A stretch of DNA of 39,799 nucleotides from Octopus bimaculoides (GCF_001194135.2 NC_068998.1:32486666-32526464); one strand, 5' to 3'; counted from the stretch's first letter, positions 1 to 11,619 are shown. The notes: generated from the sequence alone by a model not told the origin. Numbers and translations: made by a program.

Positions 1-280
1 TATCTTCTGATTGCCTCTGCTACGCGAGGTAGCTGAGTCATCTTGGATACGGTGATGGTGACGTCATCCGCATACGCCGAAACACCTTTACCACATCCGA
101 TTTCATTAGTGGTGCTTCCCAACTTCTCCAACCTCCGCAGCAATGGCTCGAGAGACAGAACATACAGAAGCGGAGACAGGGGGCACCCTTGACGGACTGA
201 ACGCCTGATCTCAAACGGCTCCGACAGGTAACCGTTCACCTGAACCGTGGATTTGATGCCACCATAAATGGCCTCTGAAG
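1..280 (-). mobile_element. L1/Tx1-clade non-LTR retrotransposon, ORF2 reverse transcriptase fragment; 5' end at about 280, continues off the left edge
   Basis: Manual minus-strand translation is uninterrupted: EAIYGGIKSTVQVNGYLSEPFEIRRSVRQGCPLSPLLYVLSLEPLLRRLEK...VSAYADDVTITVS, with the QGCPLSP and YADD RT motifs. GC- and CpG-rich relative to the rest of the window. Confidence 0.92.
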
Positions 281-535
281 TAGCTTGCCAGCTGGTTAAA
301 GAAGCCTGTTTAGCCCTCGCAAACTTATATAATCATAATGAAGTTTATTCACTGATTAGCAAAATTAGAAAGATAATATTTCTAAATCTCTCAGAGAGAT
401 TTAAGCAGTAGTGGAGCGATAAAGTTGTAGTATATTGTCAACTTAATGTGACAATCCCAATAAGGGAATACACTACTGCTGTTTAGCCCTAGGAAGCTGG
501 ACCGCTTCCTGTCGGCCTTGACATATATATATATA

Positions 536-900
536 TAAAATAAGTAGAAAATTGAGAAAAGTTTTGATCAACAAACAAACAAATTGACCAACATCGGTTA
601 ATTATTTTTTAATACAAAACTTAACATTGCTTATGGCCGTTTTGGCTACCAATGTCAGTCGGTGCCTGCAAAGAAAATTATGTATTTGTATTCACTCTGA
701 TGAAGCTCCATGTACTAGATCAAATGTGCTATAAAGATGATGAATATTATTTTCAAAATTTTCTCTGCAGGCACTGACTGACATTAGCAGCCAAAATGGC
801 CGTAAGCAATGTTAAGTTTTGTATTACGAAATAATTAACCAATGCTGGTCAATTTGTTTGTTTGTTGATCAAAAGTTTTCTCCATTTTCTGCTTATTTTA
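536..900. repeat. Foldback: about 144-bp inverted arms (536-679 / 757-900) around a 77-bp loop; probable Penelope-like LTR remnant
   Basis: Left arm taaaataagtagaaaattgagaaaagttttgatcaacaaac... aligns by eye at about 90% with the reverse complement of 757-900. The left arm abuts a (TA)n tract. Confidence 0.88.
694..806 (+). ncRNA. Degenerate hammerhead ribozyme-like motif with an enlarged stem II
   Basis: CTGATGA at 697-703, then a-gct...agc-c, AAAAT at 793-797 (inferred ancestral GAAAC), palindromic ggcc, GTA at 802-804. Stem I is only 2 bp. Confidence 0.35.
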
Positions 901-1067
901 AATTTGATTCCTGATAAACTCATGTTTATTGTTATTACCTGTACCCTATGAGCATAGTGTGCTTGCATACCCATGCGCAGGGTTAACATAGGTAATTGAT
1001 ACCAGTAGTAAGTACAGATATTCTTATCTCTTAGACGGTTATTCCAACCACTAACTCTGCTTACCTA

Positions 1068-1135
1068 TATATCTATCTATCTATATATATATATATACAT
1101 ATACACACAGATAGACAGATAGATAGATAGATAAT
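1068..1135. repeat. Compound microsatellite (ATCT)n(AT)n(AC)n(AGAT)n
   Basis: Seen directly. Confidence 0.95.
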
Positions 1136-1156
1136 AAAGCATATTGTTAAGTATTC

Positions 1157-1201
1157 CACCTGTGAGGGATCAATACTAAATGGGTCGAAATGACTGTAGT
1201 G
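1157..1201 (+). ncRNA. Degenerate minimal type-I hammerhead ribozyme motif (Penelope-LTR type)
   Basis: cac-CTGTGA (CTGATGA lacking one A)-gg-gatc...ggtc-GAAAT-gact-GTA-gtg. Stem I cac/gtg and stem II gatc/ggtc pair; AATAAA follows at 1205-1210. Confidence 0.55.
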
Positions 1202-1258
1202 ATTAATAAAGGTTCTTGTATCTTCCATCTTCTGTCTTGCATTAACCAAATAGATATA

Positions 1259-2128
1259 CAAGGTTTCATCAATAAGTATCCGGACTATTATCATAGTAAT
1301 GAAGCTAAAGCATACAGAGTAAAGCTGGGTAACACAGATTGACCTTGAACTCTGCTGTGCATGCGTACTAAGTTTCAACGTTCTAGCTCACTTCCACTAT
1401 TTACAGAAGTACTTTGAAGGAAGGTGTATAGTGTGTGATCGTCGCATTGAGATTGACAGAGAAAGTTGCCATGCTGATATCTGCTCAGAGGCCTATGAAA
1501 AATAGCAGAAAGTGTATGGAGACACACACAAGTGTGCAGTGGTTCAGACGTTTTCATGATAACCGATATTGATGAACGTTCTGGGAGACCTGCAACCAGC
1601 AGAGCTGAGAAAAACCTCGCAGATGTGCATGCAGTTGTGAAAGGAAATCCTCAAATCACCATCCGTGAGTTATCAGAGGATGTGCAGATTAGTTATGGTT
1701 CATTTCAGTCCATTATCACTGAAGATTTGGGTATGAGATGCGTGTCTGTCATGCTTGTGCCAAAACTGCTTTTAGCTGACCAAAAGGACACTTGGGTTTC
1801 AGTAGCACAAGATCTCCTTGATTGTGTCGAGAACAATGAAAACCTTTTGAAAACTTTGCATAGACCTCTGAGCAGGTATCGCCAAGCTATTGGCAAAATT
1901 TAATGCAGATTCTCTGCTCAACTTTCTCTGTCATGTTCAATGCGACGATCACATGCTACACACCTTCCTTCCAAGCACTGCTGTAAACAGTGGAAGTGAG
2001 CTAGAACATTAAAACTTAGTGCACAGGCACAGCAGAGTTCAAGGTCAATCTGAGCTAAGCAGCTTCACTCTGCATGGCTTAGCTTCGTTACTATGGCAAC
2101 AGTTCGGATACTTATTGATCAGACCTCA
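1259..2128 (+). mobile_element. Mariner derivative with TA TSD, long inverted ends and an N-terminal transposase pseudogene fragment
   Basis: TA at 1257-1258 and 2129-2130. About 210-bp inverted ends. ORF 1532-1903 has DERSGRPATS...TIRELSEDVQISYGS...LVPKLL (helix-turn-helix plus WVPxxL-type linker). No catalytic domain. Confidence 0.9.
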
Positions 2129-3704
2129 TATTGTTGTTATTATGCAAAAGTGTCGTGAGTCCAAAACATTGCTTTTTCATAAAACAAAAAAAAAACAAAA
2201 ATAGTTTCACCATTCCGTAGCAAAACCGTTGTCCTACACTTTGACAATTTTTGATATCTTGGCAGCTGAAGCAGTCAAAATCAGTAGTCACACCCAGAAT
2301 CAGTGGTTATAAAAATATTTGTTTCTCTTTAGAAATTGAATGAATGCATATGTACTATTTTGACAGGCAAGTGTCTGAACATAGTAATAATCATCATCCA
2401 TATCATAGCAACCATGTATGATGAAGATGGTGGTAATGTTGAAGTGGAAATATAGCAGCAAGGAAAACCCTGTCTCTCATGCTGTTAACATGACAATGGT
2501 AGAGGTGGTAAGCTTTTCAGCACAATTCAGCAAAAGGTGAGCAGGTTGTCAACTGCTCTGGAATTAATTCTGCCCTAGCTTATTTATGATGTTAAGTAGA
2601 TGGTTAACGAAGACAGAGCTCACAAAACATTGAAAAAAACTAGGTTTTTCCATTTCCAGAATAGATGAAGAGTTGATCAGAAGATCTATGGAAAAATAAA
2701 CTGAGATCTATTATAAAAAAATCGAAAGCCTGCATCATATCTTTGTGAGATTTTTTGCTGCATATTCAAAATATTATGAGTGTTAGAAAATAAGAGCATG
2801 TTTCGTTACTGATGAAGAAGTTTTATATAGTTGTTGTTATGTAGTGCTGGCCAGTCCTAATTGAGTAAACTAACCAAGCAATTAAGTTTTATCCATAAAC
2901 ACAGTATTCTGGATATGCTATGATGTTTCCTGAACATGAACCTAAATGCACTGATCTATTGCATCAGATGAAGCATAGTTGCAGGATTGCCTTACATTTC
3001 TTCCTATATCCTCTCTATCTACATGCCTGTAGACTCTTAGATGATCACCAGAGAAGCAGGCAGGGTTAACTTAGTCAAAACCACCAATGTTTGGAGCTTA
3101 AGAGATTCTCAACACTGATGCTATCATTGTGTATCTTGTGTATATTTCCAGGGGTTTGTTTCAATGTTTTCTATTGATTGGCAGAAATGGGTTGTCAGAC
3201 AAAATATACTTGGTATTTGTTCCAGCTCTTTATGTTTTAAGTTCAAATCCTGCAGGAGCCATCTTCACTTCTTATTTTTCTGGGGCTGGTAAAACATGGT
3301 ATCACTTGTGGGTGGTGATTTAGAAGAATTGTTAAAATATTGAATAAAATGCATTTTGATATTTGTTCTGAACCTTTACATTCTTTGTTTGTCTGCAACA
3401 AAACAGATGTCAAAGTGTACTGGACTTTGTTTTTCTGTTGGAGGCATAAAGATGAGTTGCAGTTGCATGTGCAAGTGCTCGTCTTTCATAGAGAAAATTT
3501 CACACTTTGACCATACCTACACTCTGGAAAGAATCTTTCTAGGTGCAGAGACACAGTCACACCTGGTTGATGGGGATACTGGATAAGCGATAGATATCTT
3601 GTGTAGTGGGGCTACTGAAAAGAAGATGGTTTCAAAGGTGTTATTATTTGTTTTGTTTCATGGTGAATAAACACATAGTCAAAGAAATTGATTGCACATG
3701 TACA

Positions 3705-3711
3705 CACACAG

Positions 3712-3748
<37 letters not shown>

Positions 3749-3832
3749 TACACACATACATACACACACGCATGCACACATACATTGTCTGTCTGTCTAT
3801 CTATCTATCTACCTATCTATCACACACTCACT

Positions 3833-3870
<38 letters not shown>
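3705..3870. repeat. Compound (CA)n/(CATA)n/(TCTA)n microsatellite
   Basis: Seen directly; explains the His/Thr-rich ORFs at 3606-3983. Confidence 0.95.
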
Positions 3871-3873
<3 letters not shown>

Positions 3874-6829
3874 CACACATGAAAGCACACACATACATTT
3901 CACATACCAGCAAACATACAGTGAATATTCATATACTTAATACTATTAAAGCATCCAGTAAGTTATATTTCTCTGCTACATAAACTCTTGAGAATATTTA
4001 GCCCATTAATGCATAAAGTCTAATTTTCATTCCACAATTAATTTCAACCAATAAACACTTCATATTATATAATTTTCTGACTACTTTTGGGAACACTATA
4101 CATTAGTGAGGATTGATGCAAATAAAGTTTTATTTATTTATATTTTTGTGAAAATCTTTCACTTTCTACAACTTATGAATTATTTATGATGAAATTTCAA
4201 ATAATTGCAAATTAAACTAAAACATTTTCCTCTGCCTCTAGTATTTTTTTTTATCATGTGGGACTTCTATAACATACCAACTTCTTTAATAGAAAGATAT
4301 CATTTTTGAAGATTATTTTTGTAAGCCTTTTACTATTTGAACTTTCTTACGTTTCTTTTCAACACAGGATCTGATTTAGTTGATACATTATTCCTGCTTT
4401 TAAATCATCAGACTATTATTTTTTAATGGAATTGAAGGTTTATGATACCTGTGGAGTATCTCCTTCTCCCATTCTCATCATTTCTGTAGTCTTAAGGATC
4501 TGGAACACGAAGAAGAAGTTTACAAGTGGAGTACAATTCAATAGTCGTTTATTTTTGAGTTCTCATCCATGTGGTTTGCTCTCAGTGACCATCTTTATAG
4601 CAGCACGTGGTTCATTATAGCTCCGCACACATGAGGTTCATTACCTCTGGAGATAAACAGGTGGAGTTAGAGTGAGACAGGAGTCTGCTGTGAGCTGCCA
4701 GCTTTGCAGTGTTTCTCAGGATAAGAGAGAAGGAAAAAAGAGACGGAATGTCTTAATTCTCCTGCTTAAATAGTGGTTGCTGACGAGTATCTTGTTGTCT
4801 CATGCATGGCAAATGGTTGCAGGTGAGATCTTGTTCTTATCTTGGACATGGTAATGGCTATCAGGGAGATCTCCTTTAAAATTGTGCTGGCTTCTTGTGC
4901 CTTGCTATAATTTCTTCTTATTACTGTTAATTAAAAATAGTACTATATTCCATAATTCTTTGTAATTTTACTGTTTGTGAAACAAACATTGCATTATTGA
5001 GAAAATTAATACCAAAAGAAAATGAGGCACATGCATGCAAATGCTAAACTCCATATGATATGTATTCAGAAGAAAAATATAATTAAATTATTGTTAATGT
5101 CATAAGAACCTTATATGAAATAATACTTGTTTTTGGAACACAGAAGCACATACACATCTCAAAGCACACGAAACCACAAAATTTAGCATGCCAACATTGG
5201 GCCAACTGAAAAACAGCATTTATTGTAGTTGTTAAATAAGATGGGAAGTGTGCAGTAATGAAATATATCAAGGAGTTAAATGTCACTCTCTTGTATTAAG
5301 CTCCTGTAGCAAAAAACTAAAGAGGAAAACATTAAAAAAAATTGTGCTATTTGGTAACATTGAAGACAATTCACACCTGTCTTGACACACTCCTATCAGT
5401 GAGAAACAGTTATAGCTCTCTGAGAAAGTATCACTATAACTTGGTAAAATTAATGCTTAGAAAAGTCTCTTGCAAGTAGCCTTCATGACAATGTACACCT
5501 ATTCCTTCATAGGGATATCTGCAGGTAGTGGTTAATTAAATTTGAAGTTGGTCATAATAGTTAGTCATGATTGCAAGGCATTTCTTAAAATATATATTCG
5601 CACAATCATCAGTCTCATGATTTCTTCTGATACATGCACAGGATTTGCTTAGTGGGATATTTCAGAACAAATGCAACTTAAACAAAGAACTGTGTTCTTC
5701 TGAGAGTAACTCTTTAAGGAAAATGTATAGTTAAAGTAATGCAGCCCTAAACAAATTCCTTTAAAAAATGGTGTTGAGTTAAACTAAACAAAAACAAATA
5801 AGAAACAATTTGAAATCACTAAATCCTGCACATGAGCCTCTAATCATTATTGTTAGTTATAGTATATGTAGATCAGCTCTAGCAAGCAAAGCTGTGGTTT
5901 GAGCCTTCCAGCCAGGAACCTCATTATTTCTAGTTATAGTATTTATAGGGCTACATTAACCAATGTACCCTTATATTAAGGGAGTAGTGTAATTTGGTTG
6001 CTTTCTTTAGGAGGTTTTCTTTGAGCAACATCTGCAAGATAATTTGAATTCAGCATTGCAAGCTAATGAAGCTCATTAACTTTATGATGTTTCTGTCATT
6101 GCTTAAATAGTTAAATTGTCCAATTATGTGGTTTGTCTTTAAAGCTGTATAAAATTACTTGTCTTGGCCAGGGACTGAACACAATTTTGATTACAAGATC
6201 TTTGTTTGTTCTTTTGGTTAGCTTAAATTAAACTATACAAATTCTCTTCCAGAAAATTTATACCAAAAAGGACATAGATATATCCTTTAAGCAGTACCAG
6301 CCAGATTAGTAACTTTATAGCATGAGTCTTGTATTTTGAGGAGATCCACTCTAGACAGTTTATTACTTTAGTACTCTACTGCTATCAACTTCTATATGAA
6401 TTATACACAGAAATCCTATTTGTTCTATCATTAATGGACTGTTTTGCCTTCCACTTCTATGAATGAATATGTGTTTAATGTAGACCCAATATTACTTCTA
6501 AATTTAACACATTACAGTTATCAAATTGAATAGTCATGGTTAATAAGCAGACCTACTAATTTTTGGAAGATGCTAATTAATAGGCTTACCATTCTATTTC
6601 CATATTTTGTCATACAGTAATTGAGCCTAATTATTATTTTTCTAATAGATAGTATCATTTCAACGTTGGAGCACAAAAACAAATTTTTATTAGGGTTTTG
6701 TGTCAGAACAGACTATTTAACTTGAGTATCTTAGTTCCTTAAATAGAAATGCTATATATTATTGAATACATGTAATGTATTAACTGAGCTCTGTGTTTTT
6801 AGGTTTAGTTTAAAATAAAATCAGGTTCT

Positions 6830-7170
6830 ATAGAGGACAGGTCCATCCATTCAATTTTGTTCCATACTTTACTGCTTCTAAGTGATCATCTTTCAATGTT
6901 AACCTTTTACATGTTTCAGACTTGATGACTATCATATAAATACTGTAATATTTATTCTGAATATGCCACCACTTGTACAGCTGTTCCATAAATATTGGTC
7001 CCTCAAGTATACAGTTGGATTCATAAAAAATAATTACAATTTAGTAAAAAAGCTAGTTTCTTTCTTAAATTTTGGTCCATTTTAAACATGCTACAGACTC
7101 CAATTTGCTTAACCTGGATTGCATATTCAGTCAGTAATGTCACATCCGCAGTAAATTAGACATTTGGTGC
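6830..7170 (-). pseudogene. Possible highly decayed RTE-like RT fragment
   Basis: Minus strand reads FTADVTLLTEYAIQVKQ, resembling FADDIALL; many stops downstream. Weak. Confidence 0.3.
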
Positions 7171-7689
7171 ATTATATTTACAAGAGCTATAAGATCACAT
7201 TTTATAATTATGATGAAATTTATTATACTTGGGTTAGCTTCCAATCTACTCAGCTGAATATCTTTCAAGTACAGAGTTAATGTGAAAAATGTGTCTTACT
7301 CTTGCCTATATATTCTTGCCATTGCCTTAAGAATTAGATCATCTCTTAAAGAATGGATAAAAATGAAAGCTACTGATGGAAATGGGAACAAGCTAAAATA
7401 CATGAGAAAAATATATAGAAAGTAAGTTTAGCAGATAAAATGAAATAAGTAGACATGTTATTGAAATATCATGAATGTGTTTCTGTTTTCATATCCTGCT
7501 TCTTTTCACCGTATTCTCTGATCTATGTTGGGTTTCTTTTATTTGTTTATATTCTTGACTGTTAACAACCTTGTCTCTTAACATATATGGAAACATACTG
7601 AGATAATAATTGAATTTTCATAGACCAGCTTGTATGTGCAAGCTAAAGCAAAACAAGGGAAACCAAAAAGAAATATAAATAGATAAATG

Positions 7690-7785
7690 AATAATGACGA
7701 CGATAATGATGATAATGATGATGATGACGATGATGACGATGACGACGACGACAACAACAACAACAACAACAACAATAATAATAAT
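7690..7785. repeat. Trinucleotide microsatellite grading GAT/GAC/AAC/AAT
   Basis: Seen directly. Confidence 0.95.
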
Positions 7786-8419
7786 AGATAACATTTATAC
7801 TTGCATGAGGAAAATGGCTCTAGGCAAATGAAGAAATGTCATTTATAAAAGAGGAACAGAATTTATTGAAGAAATCATAAGACATGTTATTGCTCAGTTT
7901 GAAAAAGGAATAAATAAATTTTTTTGGCTGCCTCCAACATAATACTAATAATACTAATAAGAAGATGAATAATTGAAAAATATCACAAAAACAGAATGAA
8001 ATGGGTAATTCACACATAGTCTTTGGTCTTTGGAAGTAGAGAAATTTACTATTAGACCATAAATTTATTTTGGATGCTATGACAGAGTAAGATATATTTT
8101 GTTGTTCTGCACATTTTTGTCCATTTCTTACAACTATTCATTGCTTTTTGATTTGTTATACTCACATCTGGCTGACTTACACTAATGAAACTTTCTATTC
8201 ATTCAAGGATTTTGTTTGCTTCATTTATAGCTGAAGGTGTCTAGTAAATTCCCTGCTTTACAATAAAACAAATTTTAAAACAATATAGAATGAGTTCATG
8301 CGAGAAGCCAGGCATAATCTATCATCATTTAGTTCATTTAAACAAAAGCTGTTCAGTTCCACATTTCTTTATTTAATTTGCTGTGTATAGCAGAATCTAT
8401 TTATATTGATATAATTGTG

Positions 8420-8427
8420 ATTTTAGG

Positions 8428-8458
<31 letters not shown>

Positions 8459-8470
8459 TGTATGTATGTA

Positions 8471-8508
<38 letters not shown>

Positions 8509-8530
8509 TGTGTGTGTATGTGTGTGTGTG
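8420..8530. repeat. (TATG)n(TG)n microsatellite
   Basis: Seen directly. Confidence 0.95.
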
Positions 8531-8534
8531 TACA

Positions 8535-8910
8535 TGTCTTTTGTCTTTTATTTGTTTCAGTCATTTGACTGTGGCCATGCTGGGGCACCACTGTGAAGAC
8601 TTTTTCTTCTAGTTGAATGCATCGACTCTAGTACTTATTATTTTTTTTCAGCCCAGCCTAGTACTTATTCTATCAGTCTCTCTTGCTGAACCGCTAAGTT
8701 GCAGGGATGTAAACACACCGACACTCGTTGTCAAGCACACACATATATATACATACAACAAGCTTTTTTCAGTTTCCATCTGTTAAATCCACTCACAAGG
8801 CTTTGGTTTGCCCAAGGCTATAGTAGAAGACACTTGACCAAGGTGTCGTGCAGTAGAACTGAACTCAGAACCATGTGGTTTGGAAGCAACCTTCATACCA
8901 CACAGCCATG
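8535..8910 (-). mobile_element. tRNA-derived SINE, near full length (family A here)
   Basis: Minus strand: TGGCTGTGTGG A-box, GAGTTCAGTTC B-box-like motif, CORE-like ccttggtcaagtgtcttctactatagcc, internal TA/TG tract, tail ...cagcatggccacagtcaaatgactgaaacaaataaaag. Same family at 27600, 32165, 34575 and 35380. Confidence 0.88.
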
Positions 8911-9062
8911 ATAAGTGCCATGCATGAAACTCCAGGCCCTCCCTTCCTTGACATTGTAACTTCTGCCAATTAGAAATGAACAAATAGAAATAATATAAAT
9001 GTTGAACAATAAGAATTATTGCTCAACACCGCATTGGTGGATAAAGATTATTTGTGTATCAA

Positions 9063-9128
9063 GACTACCGTTGGTTTCATGTTAAGAAAATATCTTAATA
9101 TCTTAATATCTTAACAATTTTTCGAGCC
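9063..9128 (-). ncRNA. Minimal type-I hammerhead ribozyme-like motif with variant core
   Basis: Minus strand: ggc-TCGAAAA-attgttaaga...tcttaacat-GAAAC-caacg-GTA-gtc. Stems I, II and III can all form; the stem II loop holds an (aatatctt)x3 duplication. Confidence 0.5.
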
Positions 9129-9234
9129 AATCACATGGATCAATGGTGTTCATCTCCATTTTGTTTTAAAATACAAGTAAACACGAGAATTCATGAGAGA
9201 GATTAGAGATATTATCATGAATCCCCATGTTTTT

Positions 9235-9461
9235 NNNNNNNNNNNNNNNNNNNNNNNNNNNNNNNNNNNNNNNNNNNNNNNNNNNNNNNNNNNNNNNNNN
9301 NNNNNNNNNNNNNNNNNNNNNNNNNNNNNNNNNNNNNNNNNNNNNNNNNNNNNNNNNNNNNNNNNNNNNNNNNNNNNNNNNNNNNNNNNNNNNNNNNNNN
9401 NNNNNNNNNNNNNNNNNNNNNNNNNNNNNNNNNNNNNNNNNNNNNNNNNNNNNNNNNNNNN
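9235..9461. other. Assembly gap (227 N)
   Basis: Run of N. Confidence 1.
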
Positions 9462-9533
9462 TATATATATATATATATTATATACAAGAAAATAAATTGA
9501 CAAAGGAATAGATGATCATCTTATGAACTTCTT

Positions 9534-9597
9534 TAGCTTACAGCTGTTTCTGCTATCATTGAGTATTTGAGTAACGCCTTATAGCTTCATCGAAGCC
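9534..9597 (-). ncRNA. Minimal type-I hammerhead ribozyme-like motif with variant core
   Basis: Minus strand: ggct-TCGATGA-a-gcta...tagc-a-GAAAC-agct-GTA-agct. Stem I ggct/agct, stem II gcta/tagc, palindromic agct in stem III. Confidence 0.5.
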
Positions 9598-10294
9598 TCG
9601 AATATGAAGTACCTTTGTTCCTTCATCATCCTAACTATTCAACTAACACTTTGTTCTGAAGTATATGTATATTGAATTTACACTAAGTTATTAGTTTCAC
9701 ACTGCCTAAGTGAATACATACATTAGTATCTATATATACTGAGTGCCTTTTTTGTAGCACCAGCACAAGTGAGGTCGCCAAGTAACTCAAAAGATATGCC
9801 CATTTAACTGAGTGAAGTATATAATAGAGAGGGCAGGGGCTTTGTGCCAGGTGTTGAGAGGTTAAAGTATATATAGATGAACAGGAACAGGTGCTTTGTT
9901 ATTGAGGAAGTACATGGCTACTCCAGATGGAAAGAGAGAGAAAAGTTGGTGGTACTTTCAAGGTACAAGAAAGTGAATATAAGAGAGAATAGAGACAGAA
10001 GTACCATGTAAGGTGGGTGAGTAGATACTTGAAACTGAGAAAGGAGAGTGATAGATCATTAGAAATGGAAACAGAGGTAAATACAGAGAATGGAGAACAA
10101 GGGTGGATGTATGTAGGGGTGCATTTTAAATCCTTTGAAGAGGACTTGGGAATAATGTGACAAAATTGTATGGGGACTATACAGCTAAAAGCAAAAAACA
10201 ATAGCTAGTGTGTTTATAGGTTTTCAACAATATAGATATTTCAGACTGTGACAATATTGCTGTCAAAAATTTATGAAACAAATTCAAAACTGAA

Positions 10295-10500
10295 ATATAT
10301 ATATATATATATATATATACACTTCAAACATACACACACACATGCATGATTATATATATATACATATATATGTATGCTAGTGTGTGTGTTTGTGTATATG
10401 TGTGTGTGTGTATCTGTGTATATATATATATATATCTGTATATTTGCGTATGTGTGTGTGTGTGTGTGAGTGTGTGTGTGTGTGTGTGCGCGCGCGCGCT
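10295..10500. repeat. Compound (AT)n/(GT)n/(GC)n microsatellite
   Basis: Seen directly. Confidence 0.95.
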
Positions 10501-10660
10501 TTGAAATTTTTGCAAAAATATATATTTGAAAACAAGAAGCAATAACAGGTCAGTGTGTTTGTAGACATCAATAATATGACTATTTTAAAATATAACAGTG
10601 TTTGCTTCACATCAAAATTCTTCTAAACAAATTCAGAAATAAAATGTTCATACATACTTT

Positions 10661-10681
10661 TTATTATTATTATTATTATTA

Positions 10682-10755
<74 letters not shown>
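10661..10755. repeat. (TAT)n microsatellite
   Basis: Seen directly; explains the poly-Tyr ORF. Confidence 0.97.
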
Positions 10756-10756
<1 letters not shown>

Positions 10757-10940
10757 TCATTTATATAATTTTACAGTCTCATAGCAGCCAGTTTATGTTA
10801 TTGAACAATTTCAAGCTAATAACCTTTCAGAAAGAGAGAGGCAAATTAGCAATCATTGGACATGTGTATTTTTTCCATTTTTTTTTTTTCTGTCTTATGA
10901 AAATATACCAGACAGCTACATGCACACACACACACACATA

Positions 10941-11020
10941 CACACATACACATGCACTGGCAGTTATGCACACACGTGCACACACATACACATGCACTGG
11001 CAGTTATGCACACATGTGCA
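10941..11020. repeat. 40-bp tandem duplication inside a (CA)n tract
   Basis: cacacatacacatgcactggcagttatgcacacaYgtgca twice, one mismatch. Confidence 0.95.
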
Positions 11021-11289
11021 CACACAGACACACACGAAACCAATATTGTCACATTTTGAAATGATCATATCATTAGAGCATATAATCACACTGACCAGTT
11101 ACTGTCTCTTGTTTTGGTTACATATTTTCTCAGAAATTTCAAGATAATCAGATGATTATGTGTGTATGTATGTATGCATGCACGCACCTTAATCACAGTT
11201 TTTGGCAGCTGCTGATTACATGTGTTTGTGCTTCACAGAAGAGTGACATAATAAACATTTGCAATTATATCTGTCCAGTTTGTTCATTA

Positions 11290-11600
11290 GGTGTTTCCTA
11301 GCTATCACCTGCTCATGAATTACAAAAGCATAGCCTCTGAGATTTGATGTGATGTTGTGGTTATGTGTCTATGAAAAGCTACATTTCATGTTAACATTAT
11401 TATCCTCTTTGAGTTTATGGGAACATACCCATGCATAACCATTTTGTGGTCTGCAGAATTTTCTCTACCAGATCTGTCCTGAGATATATTAACTATGCAC
11501 ATCCAGGTTCATACAAGAGGCCATGAGAACGGAATGTTTCTTGAGGAGTTCACAATTGACTCACAGGATGTTATTCACTTCTTTTTTGAGTACTTGGTCA
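11290..11600 (-). pseudogene. Old RTE-like ORF2 C-terminal remnant
   Basis: Frameshifted fragments resembling LLYGxETW and EKILQTTKWLCMGYV (cf. RKWxWIGHV). Confidence 0.35.
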
Positions 11601-11619
11601 ATATATTTATTTTTACTGC

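Noticed and set aside
930-1005. Nested short inverted repeats resembling a Helitron 3' hairpin
   Set aside because: No CTRR terminus, and the stems are short enough to occur by chance.
3606-3983. His/Thr-rich ORFs, plus similar ORFs at 8378-8612, 10324-11147, 20874, 27367 and 39459
   Set aside because: They are translations of (CA)n, (TATG)n, (TAT)n or (GA)n microsatellites.
4340-4920. GC-richer stretch suggesting an exon or Penelope ORF remnant
   Set aside because: Stops in all frames and no motif I can assign confidently.
9150-9511. ORFs spanning N runs (also 34717-35389)
   Set aside because: Artefacts of assembly gaps.
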